Shown in pieces: positions 49,794-63,177 of a DNA stretch of 64,000 nucleotides. This DNA comes from Octopus sinensis (Eukaryota). Numbering within the stretch: the stretch's first letter is position 1; the number at the start of each line of letters is the position of its first letter. The translations under genes and the position numbers were made by a program. Below the pieces are notes generated by a model. The model saw nothing but the letters and a program-made list of their open reading frames with translations, was not told the origin of the DNA and ran no database searches. Location of the stretch: contig NC_043003.1 of the NCBI RefSeq assembly GCF_006345805.1, forward strand, positions 76,942,001 through 77,006,000, written 5' to 3'.

Positions 49794-52345
49794 TACATAC
49801 ATATATATATGCTGCCATGTGTCTGGTTAGAAGTCGAGTACTTTTTTCTATGCAAAAGTTTTTTATGAATATTTAGCACGACGTGAATCACTGTTTCCAC
49901 TCTTTGATAATGTATCTAATCATAGTAAGCCATCTTGAAGACTGTTCGAAAATACATTTGGGGTCACAATGTTTTTTTTAAAACAACTTTAGTTTTTCTA
50001 AGAAAGTTGGGCAATTTTTGAAGAAGCAATATTCCTCATATTAGAAGGATTTCGAATTATTCACTTCTACATCAGTTGTAGTATTCCTGATATGAAAAAT
50101 AATATTAGTCCAATGAATTACTGTCAGTATTTTAATTCAAACTAAAGATCGAATGACTTGGACCAATAACCATAATAGTAACCAGGTATGTTATTCCTGT
50201 TCTAAAAGCTTTGATAACAGCGTGCAGTACTATGGAATATCAGGGGTTTCTTTTGGACTACCAAGTATTAATTGTACCACATCATCGACTTTCTTTTGGT
50301 TATTGTCAGCAAAATCCAAGAAATCTTTACTGCATTTCTACAAATTGGACTGTCAATGCAGTTTATTCTATATATGAGTTTCAGGGACTTTATTTTGTAT
50401 ATTGACTTTCTGTTAGAAGAGTCTTTCTAACTTGATTAGCACAACATAATATATATAATGAGCTTACATAGCATACTTTTAAATTTAGGAAGTCTTAACT
50501 TTGTTGAAATGTTAATTTGTTAATGGACAATATGACCATCTGTTCATAAATTCATAAAAATATCTTTATTGATTATGGTTTTCGCTTCCGAATGGTTAAG
50601 CCCTCTTCTCCGAGAAAGATTGTAGTATCTAAAAGACTTAAAATTTTCTTCTCGAGGTTTTTCTGGTCCCGAATGTTTCGAATCAAAGTACGACCAACGG
50701 AGACTTTGTACGATAATCCAAGGATCAACTATTGATATAGTAAAGCTTGTGATGAAATCTATTCACACTGCTCATAGTTCTTTGGTGCTCTGATAAGAGT
50801 TTCAGTGTCTTCCACTTGTTATTCAATCATAAAATAATGGAAAGAGGTAAACGTCATTCATGTGCTTACTTCATAGAAAATACGGTTGAATGAAAACACT
50901 TTATCTTTTAACATATGTTCCAATGTGATCAATTACAATAGTGCTTTTCACTGCTTTATCTTTCATTAAGACGGTAAATATATTCTCAAATCAACCGTTG
51001 AACTACTTTCGAAAATACATTTGGAAACATTAATGTTCATTTATTTTATAGCTTCAGTACTCTAAGTGATGGTAGTAGCCTGACTTTTGCAATACTGTAA
51101 TACCAGAATCAAATTATATTACACGAGTTGCTGTGACAGATTCATTTAGTTTAAATCAGAGTTGGGCTGAGTGATGACTTCTTTGGCATAGTAGATATTC
51201 CCGTGTTGTAATTTTGTCCACAATCCTAACCTGCATCGAATCACTTTGCCTGAAGAAAAGAAAAGACAAGTTAAACGTTGTGCTTCAGATGAATTTTGAT
51301 CTTGTTGAATCTTTAGTTTTCAAATCCTGGTTATTCACAGTACACTTCCAACAGAGGTATTAGCTATGTAAATATCGAACAGCGTTTCTCTTTGCAGTGT
51401 AAGCGTCATGCTGTATATGTATTCGACTACATTGGCATGTTCGATATATAAACAGAACGATACGTGTTGTGTACCTTTAAGATCAGAGTTCTTAATTCGC
51501 CAAGAAAACTTCATCATTCATCCTTTGGAGTCGATAAGGTAATGTACCAGAGAAGTAGTGGCGCTAGTATGATCGACTAAACACTTCCTAAAAATGTATG
51601 AAGGCGTGCTAATCTTAGAAATTACTATTGTTATATATATATAGAAGATGGTTGAATGGTAAAGACATTGATTGTAAGTCTTAGTTTCGTTGCAGGATTG
51701 TGTTATCTCTCTTTCGTTCAGACTTCAGATGCTGACACGATTGATTGTATCTTTCATTCCTTCCTTATAGATTTAATAAATGACAGTAATGAAATCGGGT
51801 CACTATTTGAATAACCTTCTCTTCTACGGACAGGCGACTTTGGGCCAGTGTCAAATATTATTCTTATTGTTGCTGTTTATATTCCTGCTGCTATGGTGAG
51901 GATAATGAAGACAACGTTTGCTATAATGGCAGTAGAGAGGACTGTTACAATGATGGAGTATCTAACTTTCAGACTTTGACTTTGTAGTTATGCTGTGAAA
52001 GCAAATACTGCCGATCACGTCATCCAATATAAGAGATTACTATTTCTGTTTGACTGTAGTTAATCAAGTGCGAGGTAAATAGAGGACGACAAATATATAA
52101 TATGACAGCCAACTTGGGGCGGATATTTGAACTAGATATTACATTTCAACGAATCACTTTTCAATTTCTATAACAGAACTGATGATTAAAGCTGTGAATT
52201 AATTTTTATCCGTGTTTACACCTACTTGCACTTGAACTGGAATCTTGAACGAAATGTGTTTTCCCAGCAACACATCGCTATGAAGTATTCCTCATAGAAA
52301 GTTTGTAACACCAATTTCGTCAACCTCTAAGTTAAAAAAAAAACG

Positions 52346-52408
<63 letters not shown>

Positions 52409-53074
52409 CGTGTTTGCACGTAAGCATTTTTGGTTACAAAATAAAGAAAAAGAACTCAATCCATGTAGAAGTGTTTGTATATATATTTTTCGATACAGCT
52501 CGATACAGACAAAAAGGCTGGAGACTCTTAATGCCGACAGAGTGAATCATCGAATATTTTACAATATTTGTGCGTGTTTGTATATACGTATATGTATGTA
52601 TATATCTATGTATGTATATATGTATCTATGCGGCTAGAAGACACTCACAGACAATAGACGGGTGAAGTTATTACTTGTCTGTCTGTCTGTCTCTCAATAT
52701 ATATAATGCTCTCTCTGTCTACTTTCTCTGCTAAAGAAAGCAGAAATGAAAACAGCATCAAAGACACACTGATTAAATATCGAGTTTAATTTCGAAATTT
52801 CCGATATATTGGATTTCAGAGAAAGAAGATAATATGCAGATATCAATCAGTCACGATATTTATTCCTCCCCTGTGACTAAACCGTGTGAAGCTCCTATTC
52901 AGCTAGCCAGTACACTAAACACATGAGTATCTAGTCACTTTCTATACAAGTCTCTCATAGTCTCTCTCTTCTTCCATCTCACCCTTTCTCTCTTCATTTT
53001 GTCTCTATCAATTTATATATGTCACTATACTTCTGTTTCCTCTCTTTCTCTCTGTCACTTCACTGTTAGAGAAA

Positions 53075-53123
<49 letters not shown>

Positions 53124-53384
53124 TATATATATATTATATATATATATATATTATATATATATATTATATATATATATTTATACACACTCACACACACACA
53201 CACATTTTTATTATTGATCAGCAGAAGTTACAGAATGACAGAAGGGCCGATAGTTTCGTGCGTTGGCACATATCAAACTTAACATAGCACGAAACTCTCT
53301 GTCCTTGAGTAACCCGGTACCTTCTGCCGAATATTAATATCAACTATCTACTCAATTCTTTTAGCTTAATTTTTTTGTTTGCAT

Positions 53385-53385
53385 C

Positions 53386-53482
<97 letters not shown>
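53385..53482 (+). repeat. (GATA)n tetranucleotide microsatellite
   Basis: Direct reading; similar tracts at ~14358-14450, 20985-21030 and 24100-24183. Confidence 0.95.
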
Positions 53483-53483
<1 letters not shown>

Positions 53484-53589
53484 CTGGACAGATATATTTT
53501 TTCAATGACAGGCATGAAATCATAGCATCGACTACTTGTTGAGTAGTTGTGCACTTTTTATATTGCTTAGATAAAATAATATTTTATTG

Positions 53590-54145
53590 CCTTGATTCCT
53601 CCGAGGTCGACTTTGCTTTTCATCCTTTCGGGTCGATAAATTAAGCACCAGATGCTTACTGAGGTCGATCTAATCGACTGCCCCACCCCGCCTCCCCCAA
53701 AATTGCAGGCCTTATGCCTAGAGTAGAAAAGAATATTATACTGCCTTGATTCATGTGCACTGTGTACTTTATGTGTGTGTGTGTATGTACGTTTGTGCAT
53801 GTGTGTCAATGTTGTGTATGTGTGTTTCCATGTACGCATATATATGTATATAAATGTGTGTATATACATTGACATGTCTACAAGTTTAAATATATGTAAT
53901 GTAATGTAATATATGCAAATATTATATAGATAATATTGGGTTTTGTAACCACGACAGTAATTTCGGGGTCGGGTGTTAGTCGATTGCATCAATCCTAGTA
54001 CTCAAGTGGTACTTATTTTATCGATATCCAAACGAATCTAAGTCAAAGTCGATCCTGACGGCATTTGAACTGAAAACATTAATGTCTGAAGAACTGCTGC
54101 TAAGCATTTTTACCACCGCCATAACGATTCTGCCAGCTTGCCAGT
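53590..54145. mobile_element. Two SINE family 1 remnants in opposite orientation (~53590-53740 +, ~53955-54145 -)
   Basis: CCGAGGTCGACTTTGCTTTTCATCCTTTCGGGTCGATAAATTAAG and its diverged reverse complement. Confidence 0.7.
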
Positions 54146-54163
54146 TTACCACTTTTATTATAT

Positions 54164-54549
54164 ACTAACAGTATCGCCCGGCGTTGCTCGGGTTTGTTTC
54201 GACCCGCTGGAATTGGAAGTTTTGAAAAGTAAAAATTTTGCATTATGTAGCTGGTTATTCTCTTCAAGTGAACATTTTTCTGGTTGAAATACACCGAAAA
54301 GTGGCGACACAGCAGTGAAAAAATCGTAAAAAATAGGGATTTTCATAGAAAAAACCACTTTTTTTATGTAAATAATTTTTGGTGTCAACATGGTCCGATT
54401 TGAATTTTATCTTCTACGGAAGGAAGAGCAACCCTTCTACCATACTCTCAATTTTGGTCAACTTGCGCCGCAGGGTCTCGGAGGAGATAGTGTTAGTTGA
54501 AGGCTACCAAACCTGGCGCACACAGACAACTTCAGCTTTATATAGAGAG
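54164..54549 (+). mobile_element. Non-autonomous Helitron/HINE-like element
   Basis: Starts ACTAACAGTATCGCCCGGCGTTGCTCGGG (subterminal hairpin CCCG...CGGG) and ends CAGACAACTTCAGCTTTATATAGAG, resembling Lep1/DINE-type ends; no TSD evident. Confidence 0.55.
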
Positions 54550-54790
54550 AGTTAACACACACACATTAATACACATACATACACACACACACACACATGT
54601 ATGTATGTATATATGTACATCTGTCCACTTCTTGCCATATTTTTATCCTTCACTTCCTACACACACAGACACATACACACACACACTCACACACACACAC
54701 GCACCACACACACACACACACCTTAGCTTACAATTTTCTTTCAACAATTGACACTGTCATATATGTATATGTTTGCATGTCTATGTGTGT

Positions 54791-55247
54791 AAAGAGAAAG
54801 TGGGAGTAAGTGTGGTAATAGGCGGAGTAAAGCCTTTGAAGTGAGAGAGGGAAATCGTAAAATATTGAGTTTTCTCGAATTTTTGCTTAATTGGGGGTGA
54901 AACTGAAAGAAATTTATATGCCATGACCGAATGGAATGTACTTGGAAAAATCATAGGTAAACTCCAATTGAAGAAATTGTGTGAGGAGTAAATCGTTATG
55001 TATTTATTTGTTTCTGTTTGCTCTGTACTTTTTTGAGTAGTGGTTTAAGGTACACTTGCAAAGAGAAAGTAGGAGAAATTATGGTAATAGCATGAGTGAA
55101 GCAGTTGAAATTAGAGAGGCAAATCGTAAAATATTTACTTTTCTCGAATTTTTGCTTAATTGGGGTCAAATTGAAAAAAACTTTATATGCCATGACCCAA
55201 TCGAATCTACTTGTAAAAAGCGTAGGTAAATTCCAATTGAAGAAATT
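54791..55247 (+). repeat. Diverged ~188-bp direct repeat (54791-54978, 55060-55247)
   Basis: Shared AAATCGTAAAATATT..TTTTCTCGAATTTTTGCTTAATTGGGG, TTTATATGCCATGACC and TAGGTAAA.TCCAATTGAAGAAATT; gap-poor, roughly 80% identity by eye. Confidence 0.85.
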
Positions 55248-55433
55248 CTATATTGTAGAATGTATTAAAAAGAAACATGGGAACAGGCAGAGAAAATCTG
55301 CCTTTTATCATAAGAGATATAATATCATATACAATATGCATACAATAGGTGAGCGCGTGTGTCTATATATGTATATCGATGCATATGTATATTCGTGTAC
55401 ATCTACCCACACACATACACAGGTGAACACACA

Positions 55434-55510
<77 letters not shown>

Positions 55511-56548
55511 TATAAATATGTATATATTCATATACATATACATATACAGCGAAGAGAAATAAATCAGAGTAACCAATGCACGAACAAGAGACAAACACAG
55601 GTATGTCAAAAACCAAACACCGTCGATTTACTAACAGTATCTTCGCCTGTAGAGGATGTATCCAAGTTATGAAATGCCGATGGAGACCTAGACGATATTA
55701 AAAGGGAGGTAATCTCAAGAATCAAGAATTTTCCCAAAGGTGATGTACTATTATCGAAAATAACAGCTTATTGTTTGGAGACAAGAGGTGAGTCGTGGAC
55801 ACGTGTTTCTGCCTCAGACTTTCATATATATCTAGATATTTAGATAAATACTTAGACACAAGTGTGTAGGTATGTATCTGTATATATGTTTTTATATACA
55901 TATGTTTATGAGTATTTATATGGCAAATTGGTATTGCTTAAGGGCATCGAGAATAAAACGAACGAAGCAAAACGTAAGAGAAAACAGTGTATAGTATTGG
56001 CTTAGCTCTGTAAGAAGCTATTCAGATTCTGCCGAAATTTCTCGTTTTTTTTCTTTCTTTCCTTACTCTCTATCCCTCATATACATTCTCCTCCCCTCTT
56101 CTCTCACTCCCCCCTCTCTCTCTCTCTCTTTCTCTCTCAATATACTATTTTGCACTGTAGATTACTGGAATATGTTTTACAGTGTCCTTTCTCCAGAAAT
56201 GAAGAAGAGTTGAGTGAGGAGCGAGCAGTTTCTTCTTCTAAAAAAACTGATACATTACTGGAAAAGTTGGTATATTACTGGAACAATATAGCATAGAACG
56301 AAAATAAAAATTGGTTATCAATAAGAAGACTGACAATATTTTGGTGTTGTGTTTGCTTCAAAACACTCGGTCTCAATCGTTTATTTTAACTTAAACCATA
56401 ACATAAAGAAAGAGTCATAGCGTAGGGAAAAATGATCAGGTGTCAAATTGTAGTGGTACGATAAAAGGTTTTAACAATATAAAATACTGTTACGAAATAT
56501 AACAAATAGAAAGCAATACGAGTTTTCTCCCTTTTCTCTTCTTCTTCT

Positions 56549-56606
<58 letters not shown>

Positions 56607-57068
56607 TATACATACATACATACATACTACATACATACATACATACATACATACATACATAAATTGTATAGAGATAAAGAGAGAGCTACATATACACGTA
56701 TACATGAATACAGACTTGTATGAGTACATACAAACAAACATATGTTTATGTAGATGTTATTGAGAATTATACATCTTTTTTTGCTGTTGTCTAGACATTT
56801 GGCAATTCATACTTGCTAACTATACTTTGTAATCTGTCATAACATGACAAATAACTTTAAAACCTACGAGATCTAACTCCGGCGAAAGTAGAATCTTAGA
56901 AAATGATTTTCCTCAGATATAGTACAAAATCATATATAAAACCAAGAAGATCCCCACAGTACTTCACTGCTATATATATCTTTTAGAACTTTCAGAGGAT
57001 GAAAGACGAAACTAACCTAGAATGTTAACATGTAAGAATCTCTCGGAATGTACGTAGACGAAAGAAAA

Positions 57069-57604
57069 TACCTGAGTGGTTGTCGTGGCTTCTGATCTTA
57101 ACTGATTGGAAGTGTCATCGTGTACGTTGTTTTGTCTTGATATAAAAGATGGGCTACAGCAAATATTCTGCTCAATATCACAGATTTGCTTGTCAGTTGC
57201 TTGACCATAACCAGTTGAGCATGTCCCTCGGTGGCTGACGATACGTGTATTTCTGATCACGAACAGAAGTAGTGAGGGAGCATCATAGCCGTGTGTTGGA
57301 AGGAATTCTTAGAGGTTTGGAAAATTCACCTCTGGAAACATGGGTGGTTCGTTCAACATCCTTAAACAATCCTTATTCACTTTTTGAGCGAGATGGGCTA
57401 CTCGACCTGAAAAAAATTCTAACTGGGTCCCACCTGCAAGGTCATGTGCTGTTTATCTTGATATGAGATCACCATGTCGCGCATATATGGTTGTGATGCA
57501 TGTGCCTGGTGTACCCTTATCAGACGGGTAGTCATGATGGGTATACTGGGCTTCGTATATTTTACCCGAGTGTCACTTCGATGACATGCACTGCTCTCTC
57601 ACTC
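57069..57604 (+). mobile_element. ~540-bp element, third copy, followed by (AAG)n
   Basis: Aligns to 29116-29654 from near its 5' end; ends CACTGCTCTCTCACTC then AAG repeats. Confidence 0.85.
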
Positions 57605-57860
57605 AAGAAGAAGAAGAAGAAGAAGAAGAAGAAGAAGAAGAAGAAGACGAAGAAGAAGAAGAAGAAGAAGAAGAAGAAGAAGAAGAAGAAAATGAGGGGA
57701 GGAGGAGGAGGAGGAGGTGGAGGAGGAGGGGAGGAGGAAGAGGAGGAGGTGAAGAAGGAGGATGAAGAGAAGATTAGGGGAGGTGAGGGGGACTAGGAGG
57801 AAGAGGAGGAGGAGAAGAAGAAGAAGAAGAAGAAGAAGAAGAAGAAAGAAGAAGAAGAAA
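57605..57860 (+). repeat. Polypurine tract (AAG)n/(GGA)n
   Basis: About 250 bp, almost purely A/G on the + strand. Confidence 0.95.
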
Positions 57861-58392
57861 CGAGAAGAGCGAGTCTGACAAACGGCGACCACACATATAA
57901 TATCATTAAAACAAACCCCAATGAGATAGGGAATTTTAGAAAGAAAACGTCCACATTTAACCAGAAGGACGGAAAAGTTATAATTCCACCTTCACAAAAT
58001 CCTGTCAGTATCTCTCTCCGTCGTTCGTTCTTTCTCATTATTTAACACGACCATGCTAAGAACATATAGTATAAATGCACAGAGGGGAACTGTTATAAAT
58101 TTTTCATTTTCTTTTATCTCGTTGTTTGTTGAATTACACGCCATGATTTGTTTCCAATATGGCCAGTTTGAAAAGTAGTAATAACGTCAGACCTCTAAAG
58201 GCTGAAATTGAATGAAGCTAACTTCACCATTATATGTTAGCTAACTTATAAAACTATGATACTACAAAATGTAGGAATAAACTTTTTGAATAAACTTTGG
58301 AACATCCAAAATTTTATAAAGTTTTCGACTTCCTTCGCTTTTCAAGAATTCAGTAATAATAATGAAAATAATAATAATAATAATAAATAATA

Positions 58393-58462
<70 letters not shown>

Positions 58463-58469
58463 CAAAAAA

Positions 58470-58590
58470 AACAAATATATGGCACACTAGGCATAACAAC
58501 AACATGAACTTCCAACCTGTTGTCTCTCGAGGTCTCTGGGTGAGACTTGGAGCCAACATGTACAAATATAAAGCAAAAGTCAAACATAGG
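58470..58590 (+). mobile_element. 3' tip of an R4/Dong-like element (third tail type)
   Basis: Short non-repetitive block (GGCACACTAGGCATAAC...GAGGTCTCTGGGTGAGACTTGGAGCC...AAAAGTCAAACATA) between (AAT)n tracts. Confidence 0.45.
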
Positions 58591-58623
58591 ATAAAAATAA
58601 TAATAATAATAATAATAGTAGTA

Positions 58624-58684
<61 letters not shown>

Positions 58685-58724
58685 AATAATAATAATAATA
58701 ATAATGATAATAATGATAATAATA

Positions 58725-58769
<45 letters not shown>

Positions 58770-58859
58770 ATGATGATGGAGATGATGATGGAGATGATGA
58801 TGATGATGATGATTATGATGATGATGATAATAATAATAATAATAATATTATTATTAAGA

Positions 58860-59200
58860 CTTGCTAACGGAAATAGAAAAAATGTGGCATCTCAAGGCGA
58901 CTACAGCACCAGTGATTGTAGGATCTCTAGGAATGATAAACAAAGGTACTGAAACCTATTTGAAAATGATACCAGGCTTACCATCCCTACAGGAAGTGCA
59001 AATCGTATTAACTGGAACTGAGAAGAGCATTATCGCTGTGAAAAGAACATCAATGCATGAATTTATTTATTTATTAAGTTTTTAAAAGCATATTTTACCT
59101 GTGAATTTGCATGTGTAATCTGGGAATGCATACAATGAGATTCTCCGCCCTAGGTGTACGGAAAACACTCGGCGAAAAACAAGAAAATTTGAAGAAAGAA
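58860..59200 (+). mobile_element. R4/Dong-type LINE 3' end
   Basis: EIEKMWHLKATTAPVIVGSLGMINKGTETYLKMIPGLPSLQEVQ.IVLTGT, then 3' UTR and (AAT)n. Confidence 0.75.
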
Positions 59201-59203
59201 GGA

Positions 59204-59265
<62 letters not shown>

Positions 59266-59384
59266 TAATAATAATAATAATACTATAAAATAACCACCAT
59301 AGGACTGCAAAAATATCTACTTCAGAAGGAAGGAAAAATGATACAAATAGCGGCAAAACACGAGCAAAACAAAAAACTGTTCTC

Positions 59385-59762
59385 AGTTTTCTAATTGATG
59401 TATCAATACCAGCGGATGACAACGTATCTCTAAAAGAAATGGAGAAACTTTCAAAATACAAAGACCTGGAAATAGAGGTAACTAGAATGTGGAATCTAAA
59501 AGCAGAAACAATTCCTATCATAATAGGTGCATTAGGCATGATAAAAAAATATTCAGACAAATACATAACAAAAACACCAGGACTTACAAACATATATAAC
59601 ATACAGAAAATTGCACTATTAGGCACTGCACACATCCTACGCAGAACACTTTCCATACAATAACCATCAGAGCATCACAACAAATCACAGCACATACCCA
59701 AGGCACACAGAGCTGCGCTCAGTAGTGAAGTGAAAGCACGATATAAAAAATATACTACTGAA
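59385..59762 (+). mobile_element. R4/Dong-type LINE 3' end (RLE domain still in frame)
   Basis: FLIDVSIPADDNVSLKEMEKLSKYKDLEIEVTRMWNLKAETIPIIIGALGMIKK...GTAHILRRTLSIQ*; the 3' UTR ends in (AAT)n. Confidence 0.9.
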
Positions 59763-59766
59763 TAAC

Positions 59767-59819
<53 letters not shown>

Positions 59820-59820
<1 letters not shown>

Positions 59821-59990
59821 TTCACATTTTGGAACAAGGCCGGCAAACTCCTAAACTCTTTCTTATTTTATCGAACACGAAAGGCATAGTTGACCTCGGT
59901 GAAATTTGAGCTCAGAACATAAAGTTGGACTAAATGATGCCGAACATTTTGTCTGGCAAGCTAACTGTTCCGCCAGCTCGCTGCCTCAAT
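59820..59990 (-). mobile_element. SINE family 1 diverged copy
   Basis: GAAAGGCATAGTTGACCTCGGTGAAATTTGAGCTCAGAAC...GCCAGCTCGCTGCC. Confidence 0.7.
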
Positions 59991-60135
59991 AATAACAATA
60001 GAATAGTTCAAGCTGAACAACCTTCACACACAACGCACACTCTCTACGATAAGCATCTCTGATAATCTAAACAAACACAACTTGAACAACATAAGATGCT
60101 CAAGAATAAGCTCCAATAAAATAATGCAACTCACG

Positions 60136-60169
<34 letters not shown>

Positions 60170-60332
60170 CACACACACACACACATACAAGACACAACAG
60201 AACAAACACTAATATGGCATGAAATAAGAAACTAAACTAACAAAACAAACTGACGAACTACACCAACAACAAGAGTTAACATTCCTTATCGAACTATCTT
60301 TCTCTCCATCTGTTTATCTACCTACCTGTCTG

Positions 60333-60366
<34 letters not shown>

Positions 60367-60518
60367 AATCTATCTATCTATCTATATAGCCGAAATTGCG
60401 AAGATGATCCGGTTCTTGACTAATGATTGAGGGCTTCGAATGTCCCGACGGTGTTTTTTGTGTCGTCTTCTAAATGTTTCACGTTCTTGTCCCAGTTTGT
60501 ATATTTTTTAACTTTTAC

Positions 60519-60566
<48 letters not shown>

Positions 60567-60819
60567 GGAGAGATATGCGTGTGCGTATATAATATATATT
60601 ATTCAAAGAAATTCCAACTCTGTTTTTTATGTTTTATTTATATTCTTTATAATATCAATGTAGAATATAGAATATATAGTATAAATAATATATATATAGT
60701 AAGATGAAATGAAGTATTGTCTTATTGAATAGATGAAATACTGAATATAAAGTATTAAGGGACTAGTATACTTTCTTGCATTAAAGCAGTCTTTAAGGTC
60801 CCAGGTTGTTACAGGAGTG

Positions 60820-60895
<76 letters not shown>

Positions 60896-62561
60896 TTTAT
60901 CTGTCTATCCATCTGTTTATCTATTTATTTACATATTGTTCTATGTATCTGTCTGCCTATGTGTCATCATATTCTATTTTGTCCCTTCATCATTTCAATA
61001 TGCGTTCTTCTTCTTCTTCTTCTTCTTCTTCTTCTTCTTCTTTCTTCTTCTTCTCCATCTTTTCCCCTCAATCTATCCTCTTTGTCATCAGTATCATATC
61101 TATTCTGGCTGTGAGTGATTCTCTCACAAGGTCACAAGAAGATTCTGTTTTTAAATGTTACCAATATTTCGTGATATTAACAATAAAGAAAAAAACTAAC
61201 TTACAAAATAACTACTACTACTACTACTACGTTGACGACGACGACGACGACTACGACTACTACAAAAGCAAAGCCTTAGGAAAGGTGAAAGAGAAAATAA
61301 CCATCGAACAAAAAATAAAACTAAAAGAAACAAAAAATAACGTAAAAATGTAAAAGCTAAATCATAAATGAAACTGCCACTAGATAAAAAGATATATATA
61401 AAATGAAAGTAAAACCAGAAAGTAAAACTAAAAGGAGACGTAAAACGCCATTTTAAAAACCTATCACACATCAAACAGAAATATTCAAAATCAACTGATA
61501 TTAAAATCACTTTTAAAAAATGATTATAAAATTATATAGATAGAACGAAATAAAACGTTAAAGCTTTAAAAATAAAATGAATGCTATTTATCTGAAAAAG
61601 ATAAATAAGGAAAATGAATAGCAAAATTATTTAGACTATACGCAATTATTTAGACTAACATAAGGATCTTCGTCTCTTAGTCTCATATTTATTTTTCGTA
61701 TTGTTTTTGATTTCTTTTGTAGCCGTTTCTATTCTGTTTTTGGTGTGCGTATGTGTATGTATGCTGTATGTGTGTGTGTGTACTGCATAAGTATGCTGTG
61801 TGTGTGAATGTGTAGAGTGTATGTTTGTGAGCGAATGTGAGCGTGTGTTTAGTGTATGTGTGCGTATGTAATCGCCCATAAATATACACAGATGTTTACT
61901 TCTTATGTGTGTGTATATATCAGTATCGCATATGTATGTATTGGTTTTGTGTGTATTACTGTGGTTGTATGTTTATATGTGATTGGTTTGTCATCTATCT
62001 ATAAAATATACTTAGATGTATTTTATTTATGCACCTGTGCGTGGGGAGGTGTCTATTTTGTGTTTCTGTGTTCACTTTTTAAATGTAGGTTCCGCTTTCT
62101 AGTCAGCTTAGGGATTTCATCACAGCCTCATGGCAACTGCTACAGATACCATGTAAACCAGTGCTACCTGGTCCATGGAGGATTGATCGGTGACTAAGTC
62201 AGGTCACCCACTTGTGTAGCTTGATACTCTCCTGAGAAGAGTGTCTGGACATCCAGCAGGACTCAAAACAAGAACTATCGAAGGACGGATGACCTCCTTG
62301 TAGGCTCAAGAGTATCCGGTCGAGGAAGCCGGTGACAAACCAGCCCAATGTCTTTGCCAAGGAAACACTAAGAAAATGTCAGAACAATGTAATGCCGCCG
62401 CGCCATCCGTTGGGAGAACTCGCGCTTAATCGAAATGAAATCTGCGGCAGTGTCATTAACACGATGCGACTGTGTATATGCTTCGTTGTGTGTGTATGTA
62501 TGTGTGTATGCGTGTGTGTGTGAGAGAGAGAGAGAGTGTGTGTGTGTATGTGTGTGCGGAA

Positions 62562-62885
62562 GGCGCGTGGCTTAGTGGTTAGGGCATTCGGCTCGCGATT
62601 GTAAGGTCGTGAGTTCGATTCCCGGCGACGCGTTGAGTCCTTGAGCAAGACACTTTATTTCACGTTGCTCCAGTCCACTCAGCTGGCAAAAATGAGTTGT
62701 ACCTGTATTTCAAAGGGCCGGCCTTGTACCTTGCACACTTTGTGTCACGCTGAATCTCCCTGAGAACTACGTTATGGGTACGCGTGTCTGTGGATTGCTC
62801 AGTCACTTGCACGTTAATTTCATGAGCAGGCTGTTCCGCTGATCGTATCAACTGGGACCCTCGTCGTCGTAACCGACGGAGTGCT
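62562..62885 (+). mobile_element. SINE family 3 copy (tRNA head; 3' half differs from the 46477 copy)
   Basis: A box TGGCTTAGTGG and B box GAGTTCGATTCCC; central TTTATTTCACGTTGCT.CAGT.CACTCAGCTG is shared with 46477-46808. Confidence 0.85.
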
Positions 62886-62979
62886 CCTCCTAAGTATGTG
62901 TGTGCGTGTGTGTGTGAGTAATTCATGGCTTACTAAGTGAACAATGATCTTATGACCCACGCAATCGTTACACTTTATG

Positions 62980-63177
62980 TTAGTTAATATTTGTTACATT
63001 GTCAGAAAACAAGGACGAGATATCGCTTCTGAGCGTTGGTGCCATAGGGTAGTTTGATGAAGCAATAACTGTGGAGGTCTGCTCATGAGACAGTGTACGA
63101 TTGATTTGATTGTACTGGAATACAGATATTTTGTTCGGTTGGGCAGATGACACTGGGGTAGCGTTTTGACCGGCAGA
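62980..63177 (-). other. Candidate exon: 65 open codons after a good acceptor
   Basis: gtgatttgttcctcag|TCT GCC GGT...: SAGQNATPVSSAQPNKISVFQYNQINRTLSHEQTSTVIASSNYPMAPTLRSDISSLFSDNVTNIN*; no family motif. Confidence 0.25.

Noticed and set aside
49850-50950. Possible IS630/Tc1-like transposase relic on the minus strand
   Set aside because: Only vague residue resemblance with many stops; no DDE motif or TIR could be pinned down.
51231-51249. Minus-strand 19-nt exon candidate reading GKVIRC, reminiscent of the alcohol dehydrogenase N-terminus
   Set aside because: The acceptor is strong, but the following KAAV..W motif and any further ADH exons are absent; six residues are insufficient.
62562-62635. 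tRNA gene (also other SINE heads)
   Set aside because: A and B boxes are present, but the sequence continues into SINE body and no full cloverleaf with acceptor stem is evident.
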